Notes: generated from the letters alone by a model not told the origin. Numbered from the stretch's first letter, positions 1 through 10,779 are shown. The stretch is DNA of 64,000 nucleotides from Nitrospirota bacterium (GCA_963741205.1 CAVUHW010000031.1:78008-142007); one strand, 5' to 3'. Numbers and translations: made by a program.

Positions 1-788
1 TAGTTTACCCTGGGTTTCGCCGGCTGGATCGGAATCGCTTTGGTCTTCGCCTGAGGGGCAGCCGGAGCGGGCGTTGCCGGAGCCGCGAGCGAACGGGCCT
101 CCCGGGCGGATTCATGGTTGAACGCGGAGGCCTGAGCCGCAGGCGGGTTCTCTATAATGAGGACGGTTTTGCGGGCCTTTAATTTGGACCCGAGATCCGG
201 TTGTTTCGACGAGTAGGCCGCGGCTATCAGCGCATTCTGGTCCACGCCTTTCTTTTCAAAATGCTTCACCAGCGCCGCGGACCGGTCAGCCGCGAGCGTT
301 CTTGCATCTTTTGCCGGGATCTTTTTTCTGCCTTTGCCCTGGGCCGGAACGGCCTCTGTCGTGTTGCCTATGACGATTTCCTTGCCCTTCAATTCGTTGC
401 TCTTGAGCAGCGTTTCGAGTTTCTGGAGAAGGTTCTGGCTCTCTTTTGAGTTTGAAAAGGTGTAGGAACCGGGCATATAAAGCGCATCCTCGGCGATATT
501 CACGACGACTCTGTGGTCCGCGACAGACACCTCTGCCTTGCCAGCCTTTATTTCATCGCGCAGACCCGAGATCATAGCGTCGGCCGCGGGTTTCAGCCAG
601 GCCGTCTCCGCGCTTTCCTTGTCCTTATACCGCTTCAGCTCTGCCTTCGTCCTGTCGAGTTCGCGCATGCCGGCCTTCATTTTCTCATGTTCTGCCGCCA
701 TGGGTTTGAATGTGTTGAGATAAAACTCCGCTGAAGAACCGACCGCAACGATGAACAGCGCAATGAGAACGTAGATGACGATTTTCAT
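1..788 (-). CDS. Membrane-anchored OmpA/MotB-like protein with degenerate peptidoglycan-binding motifs; stop codon at the window edge
   Basis: Hand translation from ATG at 788 (not in ORF track): MKIVIYVLIALFIVAVG (TM), coiled coil, VVVNIAEDALY, EIVIGNTTE, ARTLAADRSAALVKHF..KGV, then a Pro/Ala tail ending PAKPRVN. Confidence 0.7.
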   Translation of the reverse strand, partial: MKIVIYVLIALFIVAVGSSAEFYLNTFKPMAAEHEKMKAGMRELDRTKAELKRYKDKESAETAWLKPAADAMISGLRDEIKAGKAEVSVADHRVVVNIAEDALYMPGSYTFSNSKESQNLLQKLETLLKSNELKGKEIVIGNTTEAVPAQGKGRKKIPAKDARTLAADRSAALVKHFEKKGVDQNALIAAAYSSKQPDLGSKLKARKTVLIIENPPAAQASAFNHESAREARSLAAPATPAPAAPQAKTKAIPIQPAKPRVN

Positions 789-848
789 GATTATCGCAGA
801 ACCCCCTTTGAGAGTCTATTTTCAGCGTTAGCGCGAAAGGCCATGGGA

Positions 849-2042
849 TTACTTCAGCATGCCCGCTGCCTTTTCTATCCGGTCAAGCCCCTTCCGGATG
901 TTTTCCATGGATGTCGCATAGGAGAGACGGATGTACGCGTCGGCGCCGAAGGCGTCGCCCGATACGAGCGCTACGTGGGCGTCTTCGAGAAGATAGGCGG
1001 CGAGGTCGGACGAATTATTGATGACCTTCCCGTTCGCGCTTTTCCCGTAGAGCGACGAGACCCTGGGAAAGGCATAAAACGCACCGACCGGCATCAGGCA
1101 GGATATTCCCGTCATGGCGTTCAGACGCTGGACCATGTACCTTCTCCTCTTGTCGAATTCGACATTCATGGTCCGGATAAAGTCCTGGGGCCCGCGTAGC
1201 GCCTCGACCGCCGCCTTCTGCGAAATGGAAGCGGGGTTTGAAGTGCTCTGGCTCTGGATGTTCGCCATGGCGGAGAGGACGTCTTTGGGGCCGGCCGCAT
1301 AGCCGATGCGCCAGCCGGTCATGGCGTGGGACTTTGATACGCCGTTGACCACGATCGTCAGGTCTTTTATCTCCGGGCCGAGCGACGCGATGCTGACATG
1401 CGTGAAACCGTCGTAAAGGAGTTTTTCATAAATCTCGTCCGAGATTACGTACAGGGCGTGCTTGACCGCCACGGCCGCTATTTCTTCAAGCGTCTTCCGG
1501 TCGTAGGCAAGGCCGGTGGGGTTTGAAGGGCTGTTCAGCACGAGCGCCTTGGTCTTCGGAGTGACGGCTTTTTCAAGTTTCTTCGCAGACAGCTTGAACC
1601 CCTCTTCCTCCGTGGTTCGCACAATGACCGGTACGGCGTCATTCAGCAAGACCTGGTCGGGATAGGAGACCCAGTAGGGAGAGGGGATGATGACCTCGTC
1701 GCCCGGGTCGAACAAGGCCTCGGCGACATTGTAGAGGCTGTGTTTGGCCCCGCAGGAGATCAGCACCTGCGATTTCTCATAGGAGAGGCCGTTGTCCCTC
1801 TTGAATTTCTCGATGACCGCTTCTTTCAGTTCATCGGTGCCGCCTGCGGGGGTATATTTCGTGAAGCCCCGCTCAATGGCCTGAATGCCGGCGTGTTTGA
1901 CGTTATCCGGCGTGTCGAAGTCCGGCTCCCCGACCCCGAAATCCACGACGTCGATCCCCTGCGCCTTCATGGCCTTCGCCTTTGCGGCGGTGGCCAGCGT
2001 GGGGGAGGGTTTGACGGCGAGCGCCCGTTTGGCAATTCCCAT
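849..2042 (-). CDS. aspC: PLP-dependent aspartate aminotransferase (class I/II)
   Basis: MGIAKRALAVKPSPTL, GEPDF, NSPSNPTG, SDEIY, SKSHAMTGWRIGY; start set at ATG 2042 rather than the longer ORF start. Confidence 0.93.
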   Translation of the reverse strand: MGIAKRALAVKPSPTLATAAKAKAMKAQGIDVVDFGVGEPDFDTPDNVKHAGIQAIERGFTKYTPAGGTDELKEAVIEKFKRDNGLSYEKSQVLISCGAKHSLYNVAEALFDPGDEVIIPSPYWVSYPDQVLLNDAVPVIVRTTEEEGFKLSAKKLEKAVTPKTKALVLNSPSNPTGLAYDRKTLEEIAAVAVKHALYVISDEIYEKLLYDGFTHVSIASLGPEIKDLTIVVNGVSKSHAMTGWRIGYAAGPKDVLSAMANIQSQSTSNPASISQKAAVEALRGPQDFIRTMNVEFDKRRRYMVQRLNAMTGISCLMPVGAFYAFPRVSSLYGKSANGKVINNSSDLAAYLLEDAHVALVSGDAFGADAYIRLSYATSMENIRKGLDRIEKAAGMLK

Positions 2043-2283
2043 GCTGATAGCAGACCCTTTCTGTACCTGAAGTTTGTTGTTACGAAGTTTAATTTTTTTA
2101 GCATAGAAGCAGAGCAAAGTCAATCGGTTTCTTGAGCTGTGACCCGACGGATCTATTGAAGAAGACGCGGGAAGACGCGCGGTAGGCGTCCGCACGGTAC
2201 CCCTTGCCCGTCTTACTCCCCGGTTGCAAAGTCGGATGAAGTATGATACTATTTTTTCACCTGAAACGTCTTTCACCAAAGCT

Positions 2284-2345
2284 TCTCCCCTCGACGGGGA
2301 GGAAAAGCTTGCTCTCGAATGATTTCATCGGCGGGGCGGGGGTGA
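2284..2345. repeat. Palindromic REP-like element (CTCCCC-TCGAC-GGGGAG hairpin ... GGGGGTGA)
   Basis: AAGCTTCTCCCCTCGACGGGGAGGAAAAGCTT hairpin; related to the reverse complement of the element at 25308. Confidence 0.5.
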
Positions 2346-2426
2346 TGATTGAGAGGCCGATAACCTTCGATGTTCACTACCCATGGTGAACGCCGTTTCA
2401 CGGCCTGTTTTCGTGGGGGAGGCTTC

Positions 2427-2828
2427 ATGTTCGGATTTTTTCTGCGCTGGTCGATCAATCTGCTCGCGCTTATCATTGCCGGGTCCGTGACACCGGGGAT
2501 CAGGATACAAAGCATCCAGATGGGGATTCTCGCCGCCGGCATCCTCGGCGTCGTGAACGCGGTGATCAGGCCCGTCGTCCTCATTCTTACCCTCCCGATC
2601 AATCTTCTCACGCTCGGGCTGTTTACGCTGGTGATCAATGCCGCACTGCTCAAACTCGTCGCGGACCTCGTGCCCGGCTTCGTTATCGAGTCCTTCGGCG
2701 CGGCGTTCATCGGCGCACTGGTGATCAGCCTGACCAGTTGGGTCCTCAACCTGTTCGTGAGCGGCGACGGGACCTTTATCTTCATCAAGCGGGTGCCGAA
2801 AGGCGGAGACCGCGGTATTCGGCGATGA
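2427..2828 (+). CDS. Phage-holin-like membrane protein (YvlD/DUF360 family)
   Basis: GVVNAVIRPVVLILTLPINLLTLGLFTLVINA signature; four hydrophobic segments; GGAGG RBS. Confidence 0.88.
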   Translation: MFGFFLRWSINLLALIIAGSVTPGIRIQSIQMGILAAGILGVVNAVIRPVVLILTLPINLLTLGLFTLVINAALLKLVADLVPGFVIESFGAAFIGALVISLTSWVLNLFVSGDGTFIFIKRVPKGGDRGIRR

Positions 2829-2856
2829 GGGGGATGATCGCCGGGAGCGGCGCGCT

Positions 2857-3555
2857 ATGACGCATATGCACATACCGGACGGGGTTTTGCCCGTCTGGCT
2901 CTGGGGTCTTGGATTTCTCGTCATGTCCCTCATCATGAGTTTCAACCTGATCCGGCTTCGGACCATGGACATGAAGAAAAAAATACCCCTGCTCGGCGCT
3001 CTTTCCGCGGCGATGCTCGTGGGCATGAGCCTGCCCACGGAAATAATCCTTCCCGGATACCACATCAATCTGTCGGTTGTTACCGGTATTCTTATCGGTC
3101 CGTCCCTGGGATTCGTTGCGGCGTTCATTGCAAACCTGATATTGGCGCTCATGGGTCACGGCGGCATTACGGTCATCGGCCTCAATACCCTGCTTCTTGG
3201 ATCAGAGGCGGTTCTCGGCCATACCTTTTTTTATTTTTTCAAGGGGATTCCTTTTTTCTGGCGGGCCGCTCTTGCTACGGTTTTGACCTTGTTTATCACG
3301 ACGCTGTTCCTCATCGGTTTCGTCGCGATGTCCCATCTTAATCCGGAATTGCTCCATCATGGCGAAGAACACGGACATGAACTTCAGTCGAACGGATCGG
3401 TGGCAACCTTTGCCGTGCTGGTCCTCTCGATTGGCGCGGTCGGCTGGATCATCGAAGCGGCGATTACGGGCGTCGTGATCAAATTTATTTCCCAGGTGAA
3501 ACCCGATATGCTCGGTCACACGCTGCATACGGACAGGGACGCAGCGAAACATTGA
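2857..3555 (+). CDS. cbiM: ECF Co/Ni transporter substrate-binding component CbiM/NikM
   Basis: N-terminal MHIPDG motif, GYHINL, GHGGITVIGLN; His-rich loop HHGEEHGHE. Confidence 0.9.
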   Translation: MTHMHIPDGVLPVWLWGLGFLVMSLIMSFNLIRLRTMDMKKKIPLLGALSAAMLVGMSLPTEIILPGYHINLSVVTGILIGPSLGFVAAFIANLILALMGHGGITVIGLNTLLLGSEAVLGHTFFYFFKGIPFFWRAALATVLTLFITTLFLIGFVAMSHLNPELLHHGEEHGHELQSNGSVATFAVLVLSIGAVGWIIEAAITGVVIKFISQVKPDMLGHTLHTDRDAAKH

Positions 3556-3565
3556 GGGGACGGAC

Positions 3566-4272
3566 GTGATCGACGTTGCAAGAATCGACCACTGGGCGGC
3601 GAGCGGTTCCGGACCGCTGCACCGGGCTTCACCGATCGCTAAAATCATCTTTCTTGCTGCTCGTGGTATGCGCCGCCGTTATTTCAAAAAACCCATATTC
3701 GCTGACAGCAGGGTTACGGAATGCTTATTCTTGTGGCCGCCCTGGCAAGGCTTCCCTGGGCGAGGGTAATGGCCCTTTCCTGGTATGCCGCGGTGTTCGC
3801 GCTTTTGTACAGTCTCACGCTGCGGGGAGGGGCACTGATCCGTGCGCTTTTTATCATGAAGGCGATCACACCGTCCTTCGCCATGCTGATGCTCATCGTG
3901 AGCACGCCCTATCCGAAGATATTTTCCCTGCTCAGTTCGGTCCTCCCCGAAATACTGGCGGCGGGGCTGTTCATGACATACCGGACGCTCTTCATACTCC
4001 TTGACATGATGGACAGTTTCGCGGCCGCGATCCGGCTGCGCGGCGGCTTCTCCCCCGGCAGCCTGTTTAAAAACAGCGCCAATATCTCACGAGGCATAGC
4101 GATGCTCCTGGTGAGGGCGGTCGAACGGGCTTCGCGTCTGTACGCGGTCATGGCCGTCCGGGGATACAACGGCAGCATGGCGGAGAAAGGCGATATCGAG
4201 ATTCGACCGACGGACTGGCTGCCGCTTGCGACGGGAGGAGCGGTCCTCATAATGGTCATGGTCTGGAACTAG
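3566..4272 (+). CDS. cbiQ: ECF transporter T component CbiQ (apparent frameshifts)
   Basis: SGPLHRASPIAKI start; TYRTLF, RLRGG, AMAVRGY motifs; lies between cbiM and the ATPase. Confidence 0.82.
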
Positions 4273-4314
4273 CCTCCGATCCTTCAGAAAAGGTACGTTA
4301 CGCGGTCACCAAGC

Positions 4315-5184
4315 ATGAACAGTAACCATTTATTGCGTCTCTCGGAAAATACGGCGGAGCCCGTTGTCCGCGTGAGTTGTCTCAAACACACTTACCCGGA
4401 TACCACGGAAATCCATATGTGCGGTCTTGATTTCGTGGTGAACCGGGGCGAGCGCGTCGTCATCCTCGGCGGTAACGGCTCCGGGAAAACGACGCTTCTC
4501 TACCACATCCTCGGACTGCTCGCCCCCGATGAAGGCAAGGTAACCGTATTCGGGATCAACCCCGCCGATAAGTACAGCACGGTCCGCGAACGGATCGGCG
4601 TCCTTCTCCAGAATGTCGACGACCAGATACTGTCGCCCACCGTCTGGGATGACGTTTCCTTTTCACCCAGAAATTTCGGGTATGGTAAGGAAGAGACCGG
4701 CCGGATGGTCGAAGGGATCCTGGCGGAACTCAGCATAGGGCACCTTCGCGACAAGATTTGCCACTACCTCTCGGGCGGAGAAAAAAGAAAGGTAGCTTTG
4801 GCCGGCGCGCTTGTTTTGCGTCCCGAACTGCTGATCCTGGACGAACCGTTCGAGGGGCTCGACAATCGGTCCCGTGCCGAATTGGTGACGCTGCTCAATA
4901 AATTCAACGGGGAAGGCATGACGATCATGATGTCCACCCATGACCTCAACCTGGTCGCGGCGTTCGCCGACCGCGTGTATGTCCTCGGCAGGGGACACGG
5001 CGTAATAACCGCTGGTACGCCGTCGGACATTTTTTTGCAGGCAGACGCGCTCCGGGAATCCAATATCGATCCGCCGCTCCTCACGGAGCTTTTTCTCAAG
5101 CTGCGGGAACGCGGCGTCGTGGTAGATGTCCCCATTCACATCGACCAGGCGGTGAACGACCTGGTCCGGCTCGTCCATGGCTGA
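4315..5184 (+). CDS. cbiO: ECF transporter ATPase CbiO
   Basis: Walker A GGNGSGKT, LSGGEK signature, LILDEP, H-loop STHD. Confidence 0.9.
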   Translation: MNSNHLLRLSENTAEPVVRVSCLKHTYPDTTEIHMCGLDFVVNRGERVVILGGNGSGKTTLLYHILGLLAPDEGKVTVFGINPADKYSTVRERIGVLLQNVDDQILSPTVWDDVSFSPRNFGYGKEETGRMVEGILAELSIGHLRDKICHYLSGGEKRKVALAGALVLRPELLILDEPFEGLDNRSRAELVTLLNKFNGEGMTIMMSTHDLNLVAAFADRVYVLGRGHGVITAGTPSDIFLQADALRESNIDPPLLTELFLKLRERGVVVDVPIHIDQAVNDLVRLVHG

Positions 5185-5218
5185 TGGGCCGGCATGGAGA
5201 CGGCCAGAGTCCGCGGCC

Positions 5219-5290
5219 AATGCAAAGATGCGGAAGGCCGGAGGCCATTGAAATTTTAAATTTCCCATTTTCAGTCTGCAATTCCAATCT
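5219..5290. repeat. Degenerate heptamer-periodic intergenic element
   Basis: AATGCAAAGATGC ... ATTGAAATTTTAAATTTCCCATTTTCAGTCTGCAATT; AT-rich patch in GC-rich DNA. Confidence 0.35.
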
Positions 5291-5353
5291 CCCGCGATGC
5301 GGGACTCTACCGGCCTGCCGCGATTTGATCGCGGCTTGTCCGGGTCAGGAGGC

Positions 5354-6613
5354 ATGATGATGCCGCAGGACGGCTTTGAACACAAAAAAGGCAGGTTGAT
5401 TTTCCTGGTCGCGCTTGTTCTCGGTGCCGCGTTCTCGGTCGGAGCATTCTCGGGTATTTTGCCGCGCGCGGTGAAAGTCGCGGGTTCCTGCGGTTTCTCG
5501 CGCTCGTTCCGCTCATTCCGCTTAGCGCCTATCTTCTGTACCGGATAAACATTTTCCCCTCCTATCGCCGTCTGGAGGACGACAACCTCGAACTGCATCT
5601 CAAGCAGGAGGAGCTTCTGGACATCAAGGACGACCTGTTCATCAAGTTTCTCGGCGTATACGACGTCAACTTTGCGGCCAATTCCCCGAGGCTCTTCGCC
5701 GACCGTCTGACGGACGTCGCCGATATCACGGCCAGGGTCATGGGGGCCGACGCATGTTTCGTCTTTCTCTATGACCGGAAAAAGGACGATCTCGTCCTTT
5801 CGGCGACCAACGGTGTGCCGGAGGCTGCAATCGGAGCCGTGCGTATTCCCCTGGGCGAGGGACTCGAAGGATGGGTGGGGCGGCGGCTTGAACCGCTCAT
5901 GCTGAAGGACTTTCGCGCCGATGCGCGGTATCGCGAGACTGCCGGCATGGCGCTGGGCGACTACCAGTCGGTCTACTGTCTGCCCCTCTACGTTTATTCC
6001 AACAGGGCCCTCGTCGGGGTCATGGAGGTGTTTTTCCGAAAGGCAAAGGAATTTACGGACGAGGAAATCAATTTCTTCACGACGCTGACCGGCATGCTCT
6101 CGACCACGATCCAGAACGAACAGATGCAGGCCGAATTGCGGAAGATGAACATGGAGCTGGAGCAATGGGTGGCGGAAAAAACCGAGGAACTGCGGGCGTC
6201 GGAAGAACGATACCGTACCCTGGTGGAAAACGCCTGCGAATCGATTTTCCTGCTCACCGGAAACGGCGACATCGTTTTTGCAAACGAGCAGGGCGCACGG
6301 CTCACCGGATTTGCCAAGTATGAACTCCTGCATAAGAACTTTTTCGAGCTTTTCGTCGATCCCGCAGAACCGCGGGAGATCCTGACTGACGTGGCGCAGG
6401 GACGCCAGTCGCTCAGGCACGGTGACTTGAAGCATGGCCGGCGGAGGCATCGTTCCGGTTGAGGTGAGCGCCGTCGGGCTGTCGCTCATGGGAAAGAGGT
6501 TCGTCCAGGCAGTCGTTCGAGACGTCTCGACGCAGATGCGTCTCGAACAGCTTCTTGAGGAAAAAGAACGGGAATTGGCCGCTCTCAGGGCCGGCTACGG
6601 AGACATCAAGTAA
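5354..6613 (+). CDS. Membrane-anchored GAF + PAS sensor protein with no recognisable output domain (apparent frameshifts)
   Basis: N-terminal hydrophobic segment(s); GAF (ADACFVFLYD..LVLSATNG..GEGLEGWV); PAS (EERYRTLVENACESIF..VRDVS); short coiled coil ending AGYGDIK* at 6613. Confidence 0.75.
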
Positions 6614-6724
6614 GGACCGCCTCGCCCTTTTTGGTTCGTTTTATTTTTACCTTTACAGGGATCATGGCCTGTGGTATAAATTATGCATATGGCGGCCGTA
6701 CGGGCCGCCATATGCTCTTGTGAG

Positions 6725-7295
6725 TGTGACGGTGATCAGAACAGTTACGAAGATCCTCGCGGTGCTCTTCATCGCAGGCGCATGCATCTACGGCGGTTAT
6801 CTGCTTGTTCGGGGGAGCGGAAATGCCCATTCCTGCTCTGCTTCCTCCGGCCCCGGGTCCCCGTCTCATCATGAGCATGGAAAAGTTTACGTTTGCGCAG
6901 TCGGATAAAGCGGGGTCTGCGTGGGTTGTAAACGCCAGAACATGCCGATCTCTACGAAAACAAGGAAGCTCAGCTGAAAGAGGTCCGGATCGTTTTCAAG
7001 AATCCCGATAAGAAAGAGGCGACAATGATCGGCGACCTGGGGACCATGGACACGGGAGCGGCAACGCCTCCCTGCGCCGCAGTACACGAGGAAGTCAGGA
7101 TCGTGACGAGCGACGGTTATCTTTTGACCACGAATTCGTTATTTCTGGAAGGCCGGCGAACGGCAGGTCTGGACAACGGATCCGTTCAAGCTGTTGGGCA
7201 GCGAGATCTATCTCGAGGGGGTCGGCATCACGGCTGATGTCGACATGCGCACGATCGTGGTGAAGAACAATGTTAAGGCGGTACTTCAGGAATAG
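6725..7295 (+). CDS. lptC: LPS export protein LptC (apparent frameshifts)
   Basis: N-terminal TM; MIGDLGTMDT..EVRIVTSDGYLLTTNSL; ends [11 protein letters not shown]; upstream of lptA/lptB. Confidence 0.75.
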
Positions 7296-7789
7296 CCTGC
7301 TCATCATCGCGTCTGTCCTCGGCTCACGGCGGAGCCCGTCCTTTGCCGCACAGCGCGGAGAAAAAAGAAGTGGCGGAACCGATCGTGATCACCTCCGACC
7401 GCATGGAGGCTGAAAAACTCGGCGATAAGGTGACCTTCACCGGGAAAGTGACACTCAAAAAAGAAGGGATGACGCTGATCGTCGGACTCGATGACTGTTT
7501 TTTATGATCCCGGTTCGAAGAACATCCGGGAGGTCGAGGCCCACGGGAAACGTCGTGGTCCGCAAGGAAGGCAGGGTCGCGCTGGCTAATAAGGCAATCC
7601 TACTCTCTGCCGTGAAGAAAAAATCGTACTGACCGGAGACGCCCGCATCATCGAGAACGAAAACCAGACTCGGCGGCGAAAAAATAATCCTGTTCCTGCG
7701 CGACGACCGCAGCATCGTCGAAGGCGGAAAGGTCTTGCTCTATCAGCAGCAGATAGACAAAGCGAACGGAGACAAAACCGCAGAAGTAA
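7270..7789 (+). CDS. lptA: LPS transport periplasmic protein LptA (apparent frameshifts)
   Basis: Signal peptide; [39 protein letters not shown]. Confidence 0.78.
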
Positions 7790-7803
7790 TCGAAAAGGAA
7801 TAC

Positions 7804-8527
7804 ATGCAGGCGCTTGAAGCGAAAAAGCTGGAGAAGAGCTACCGCGGCAGAAAGATCGTTCGCGGCGTCAGCTTGCAGGTCATGAATGGAGAAGTTGTCG
7901 GTCTCCTCGGTCCGAACGGGGCCGGTAAAACCACGACGTTCTACATGGTCGTCGGGCTGGTGAGGCCCGATCAGGGGAGGGTGCTCCTCGAAAGCACGGA
8001 TATCACGAAGATGCCGATGTATCAGCGGGCGAAAAACGGCATCGGATACCTGCCCCAGGAACCGTCGGTCTTTAGAAAACTGACCGTAGCGGAGAACCTG
8101 ATGGCCATTCTGGAGACCATGAATCTTTCATCGATCGAGCGGAAAGAACGCCGGGACAATTTGCTGGAAGAGCTGGGCATCGCGCATCTCGCCGACAGCA
8201 GGGCCTATACACTGTCGGGAGGAGAACGCCGACGGGTCGAGATCGCCCGGGCGCTCACCCTCTCCCCGAAATTCATCCTCCTCGACGAGCCCTTTGCCGG
8301 GATCGACCCCCTCGCAGTGCAGGACATCCAGGGGATCATATCGTTTCTCAAGAGCAAGGGGATCGGCATCCTGATCACCGACCACAATGTGCGGGAGACC
8401 CTCGCCATCACCGATCAGGGCCTATATTATCAGCGAAGGGGAGATCATCGAAGCGGGGACTTCAGCGGAAATCACCGCCAACCCGCGGGTCCGGCAATTT
8501 TACCTGGGTGAGGCGTTTCGGTTATAA
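7804..8527 (+). CDS. lptB: LPS export ABC ATPase LptB (frameshift near the 3' end)
   Basis: [54 protein letters not shown]; ends FYLGEAFRL*. Confidence 0.95.
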
Positions 8528-8616
8528 TTATCGTAAGAGCAGGAGAGATCGAAGACAGGAGACGAGTCGGAAGAGCGAAGGAAGCGTTCGTATTCCCCGT
8601 CTCTGCATTGAGGACT

Positions 8617-10088
8617 ATGGAAGCGCGGCTTGAATTAAAACTTTCCCAGAAACTCATTATGACGCCGCAACTGCAGCAGGCGATCAAGCTGCTGCAGTTG
8701 TCGAGGCTTGAGCTGGTCCAGTCGGTCTCCCAGGAACTGGTTGAAAATCCGGTCCTCGAGGAACTGTCCGACGCCAGAGGCATCCGAGACATCCCCGGAG
8801 GGAGAGGACGCTCCCCTTCCGAGACCGCCCCTCAGGCGGATTCTGTTGCCGAGGCGCCGCCCGAGCAGGGTGACGCAGGAACTTAAGAGCGATCTCGAAC
8901 TCGGGCCCCAGTGGGACGAGTATTTGAACGAACTGGGAGACGGACGGGATTTCGGCTATGCGGAAGCGGATGATAAGGAGCTCCCGTCCTATGACCAGAC
9001 CCTGACACGGCTTCCGTCGCTCGCCGACCACCTGCTGTGGCAACTCCACCTGACGTCATCGGATTCCGACCTCGTGAAGGGCGGAGAGTGGATCGTCGGC
9101 AACCTGGATGATGACGGCTATCTTCGCGCCTCGCTCGACGAGATCGCGCAGCAATCAGGAATCGGCGTCGCCGGTCATGGCCCAGGCGCTCGAACTTATT
9201 CAGGGCTTCGACCCGATGGGGGTCGGAGCGCGCGACCTTCGCGAGTGCCTGCTTATCCAAGTGGGGCAGCTTGATATGCACGGCACGCTTGTCGAAAAGA
9301 TCGTCAGGGACCATCTTCCCGACCTGGAAAAGAGAAAATATGCCAGTGTAGCAAAGGCCCTGAACGTTACTACTCAGGAGGTCATGGAGGCGTCGCAGAT
9401 CATCATCCATGAGCTGGAACCCAAGCCGGGAAGACCGTACCTCTCCTCCGACACGAACTACGTTGTCCCCGACGTCTACGTCATGAAGATCGAGGACCGT
9501 TATATCATTCAGCTCAACGACGAGGGGCTTCCGCGGGTGCGCATCAACCCCTATTACCGGAAACTGCTGAGCAGCAAGGACAGCATCGATAAAGTCACGA
9601 AGGAATACGTCGAGGAGCGGCTCCGTTCGGCGCAGTGGCTCATCAAGGGGATGGAGCAGCGCAATAAGACGATCTACAAGGTCGCCGAGAGCATCGTGAA
9701 GTTTCAGCGCGACTTTCTGGACCAGGGAATCACCCATCTGAAGCCGATGGTTCTTAAGGACGTGGCCGAGGACATTAGCATGCACGAGTCGACGATCAGC
9801 CGCGTGACGACGAACAAGTACATGCACACGCCCCAGGGCATTTTCCCGATGAAATATTTTTTTACCACGGGTTTTTCGGTCGGGACGGGGGCCGAGATCT
9901 CTTCGCTGACCGTCAAGGACTCCATTCAAAAGATGATCAAGGAAGAGGACCTGTCGGCCCCCCTCAAGGACCAGCAGATTGTCGACACCCTCAAAGCGCG
10001 GGGAATCGATATAGCCCGGCGGACCGTGGCAAAATACCGCGAGGAGCTCAGGATTCCGCCGACGAGCGTGAGAAAAAGAACAGGGTAG
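8617..10088 (+). CDS. rpoN: RNA polymerase sigma-54 factor (apparent frameshifts)
   Basis: [15 protein letters not shown] region I; HESTISR helix-turn-helix; RpoN box ARRTVAKYR. Confidence 0.97.
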
Positions 10089-10123
10089 ACAACAGTCAAT
10101 CGCCAAGACACACCCTTTTCATT

Positions 10124-10182
10124 GTTGCGGGTTACGGGTTGCGGGTTAAATTCGTATCGCGCAAGACGCACTTTGCAACCCG
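10124..10182. repeat. Heptamer-periodic inverted element (GTTGCGG/GTTACGG ... GCAACCC)
   Basis: GTTGCGG GTTACGG GTTGCGG GTT, then a partly complementary CGCAAGACGCACTTTGCAACCCG. Confidence 0.6.
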
Positions 10183-10229
10183 ATGTTCGCTTGTGGATTC
10201 GGAGATTTCTTACATCTAAGGAGGTCGTC

Positions 10230-10763
10230 ATGCAGGTCAACGTGATTGGCAGGAATATCGAGGTGACGGACGCGCTCAAGCAGTACGCCACGGAAAAATT
10301 CAGCAGGCTGGACAAGTATCTTCCGAAGGTCGTACATGCGGTCATTACGCTTGCGGTGGTAAAAAAAGTCCATCATATCGCCGAGGCGGTGATCAAGTCG
10401 AACGGCGTTCTGATCCAGGCGTCGGAAGAAACCGGGGAGATGTATTCGGCCATCGATCTGCTCATCGAAAAGATTGAACGACGCGTCAGAAGGTACAAGG
10501 AAAAGCTGGTCGACCATAAACACCATGCCGTCAGGCCGGAGTCTCCCGCGGGAGCTCAAACGTCCCCCCCCGAAGAGCGCATCCCCCAGATCATCAAGAC
10601 CAAGCGGTTCGATCTCAAACCCATGCAGCCCGAAGAAGCCGTCATGCAGATGGAGCTTTTGGACAAGGACTTTTTCATTTTTTCCAACATCGGCAGCGGT
10701 CAGATCAATGTCATTTACAAGAGAAGAGACGGCAATGTCGGGCTCATAGAACCCGCCCGGTAA
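10230..10763 (+). CDS. hpf: Long-form ribosome hibernation promoting factor
   Basis: GRNIEVTDALKQY, MYSAID, KPMQPEEAVMQMELL..NVIYKRRDGNVGLIEP; AAGGAGG RBS. Confidence 0.95.
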   Translation: MQVNVIGRNIEVTDALKQYATEKFSRLDKYLPKVVHAVITLAVVKKVHHIAEAVIKSNGVLIQASEETGEMYSAIDLLIEKIERRVRRYKEKLVDHKHHAVRPESPAGAQTSPPEERIPQIIKTKRFDLKPMQPEEAVMQMELLDKDFFIFSNIGSGQINVIYKRRDGNVGLIEPAR

Positions 10764-10779
10764 GGATGGACCTTTCGAG

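Noticed and set aside
2100-2420. Cobalamin or NiCo riboswitch upstream of the cbiMQO operon
   Set aside because: No B12-box or other conserved riboswitch motif is recognisable; the hairpin present is REP-like
2427-2828. Prophage inferred from the holin-family gene
   Set aside because: YvlD-type genes are common chromosomal membrane proteins; no endolysin, structural or integrase genes nearby
4663-6489. 608-aa minus-strand ORF
   Set aside because: Antisense shadow of cbiO and the GAF-PAS gene in GC-rich DNA; no motifs
7735-7803. LptA-LptB fusion implied by the shared reading frame
   Set aside because: A single indel restores a KPQK* stop at 7789, and an RBS-like AAGGA precedes the lptB ATG
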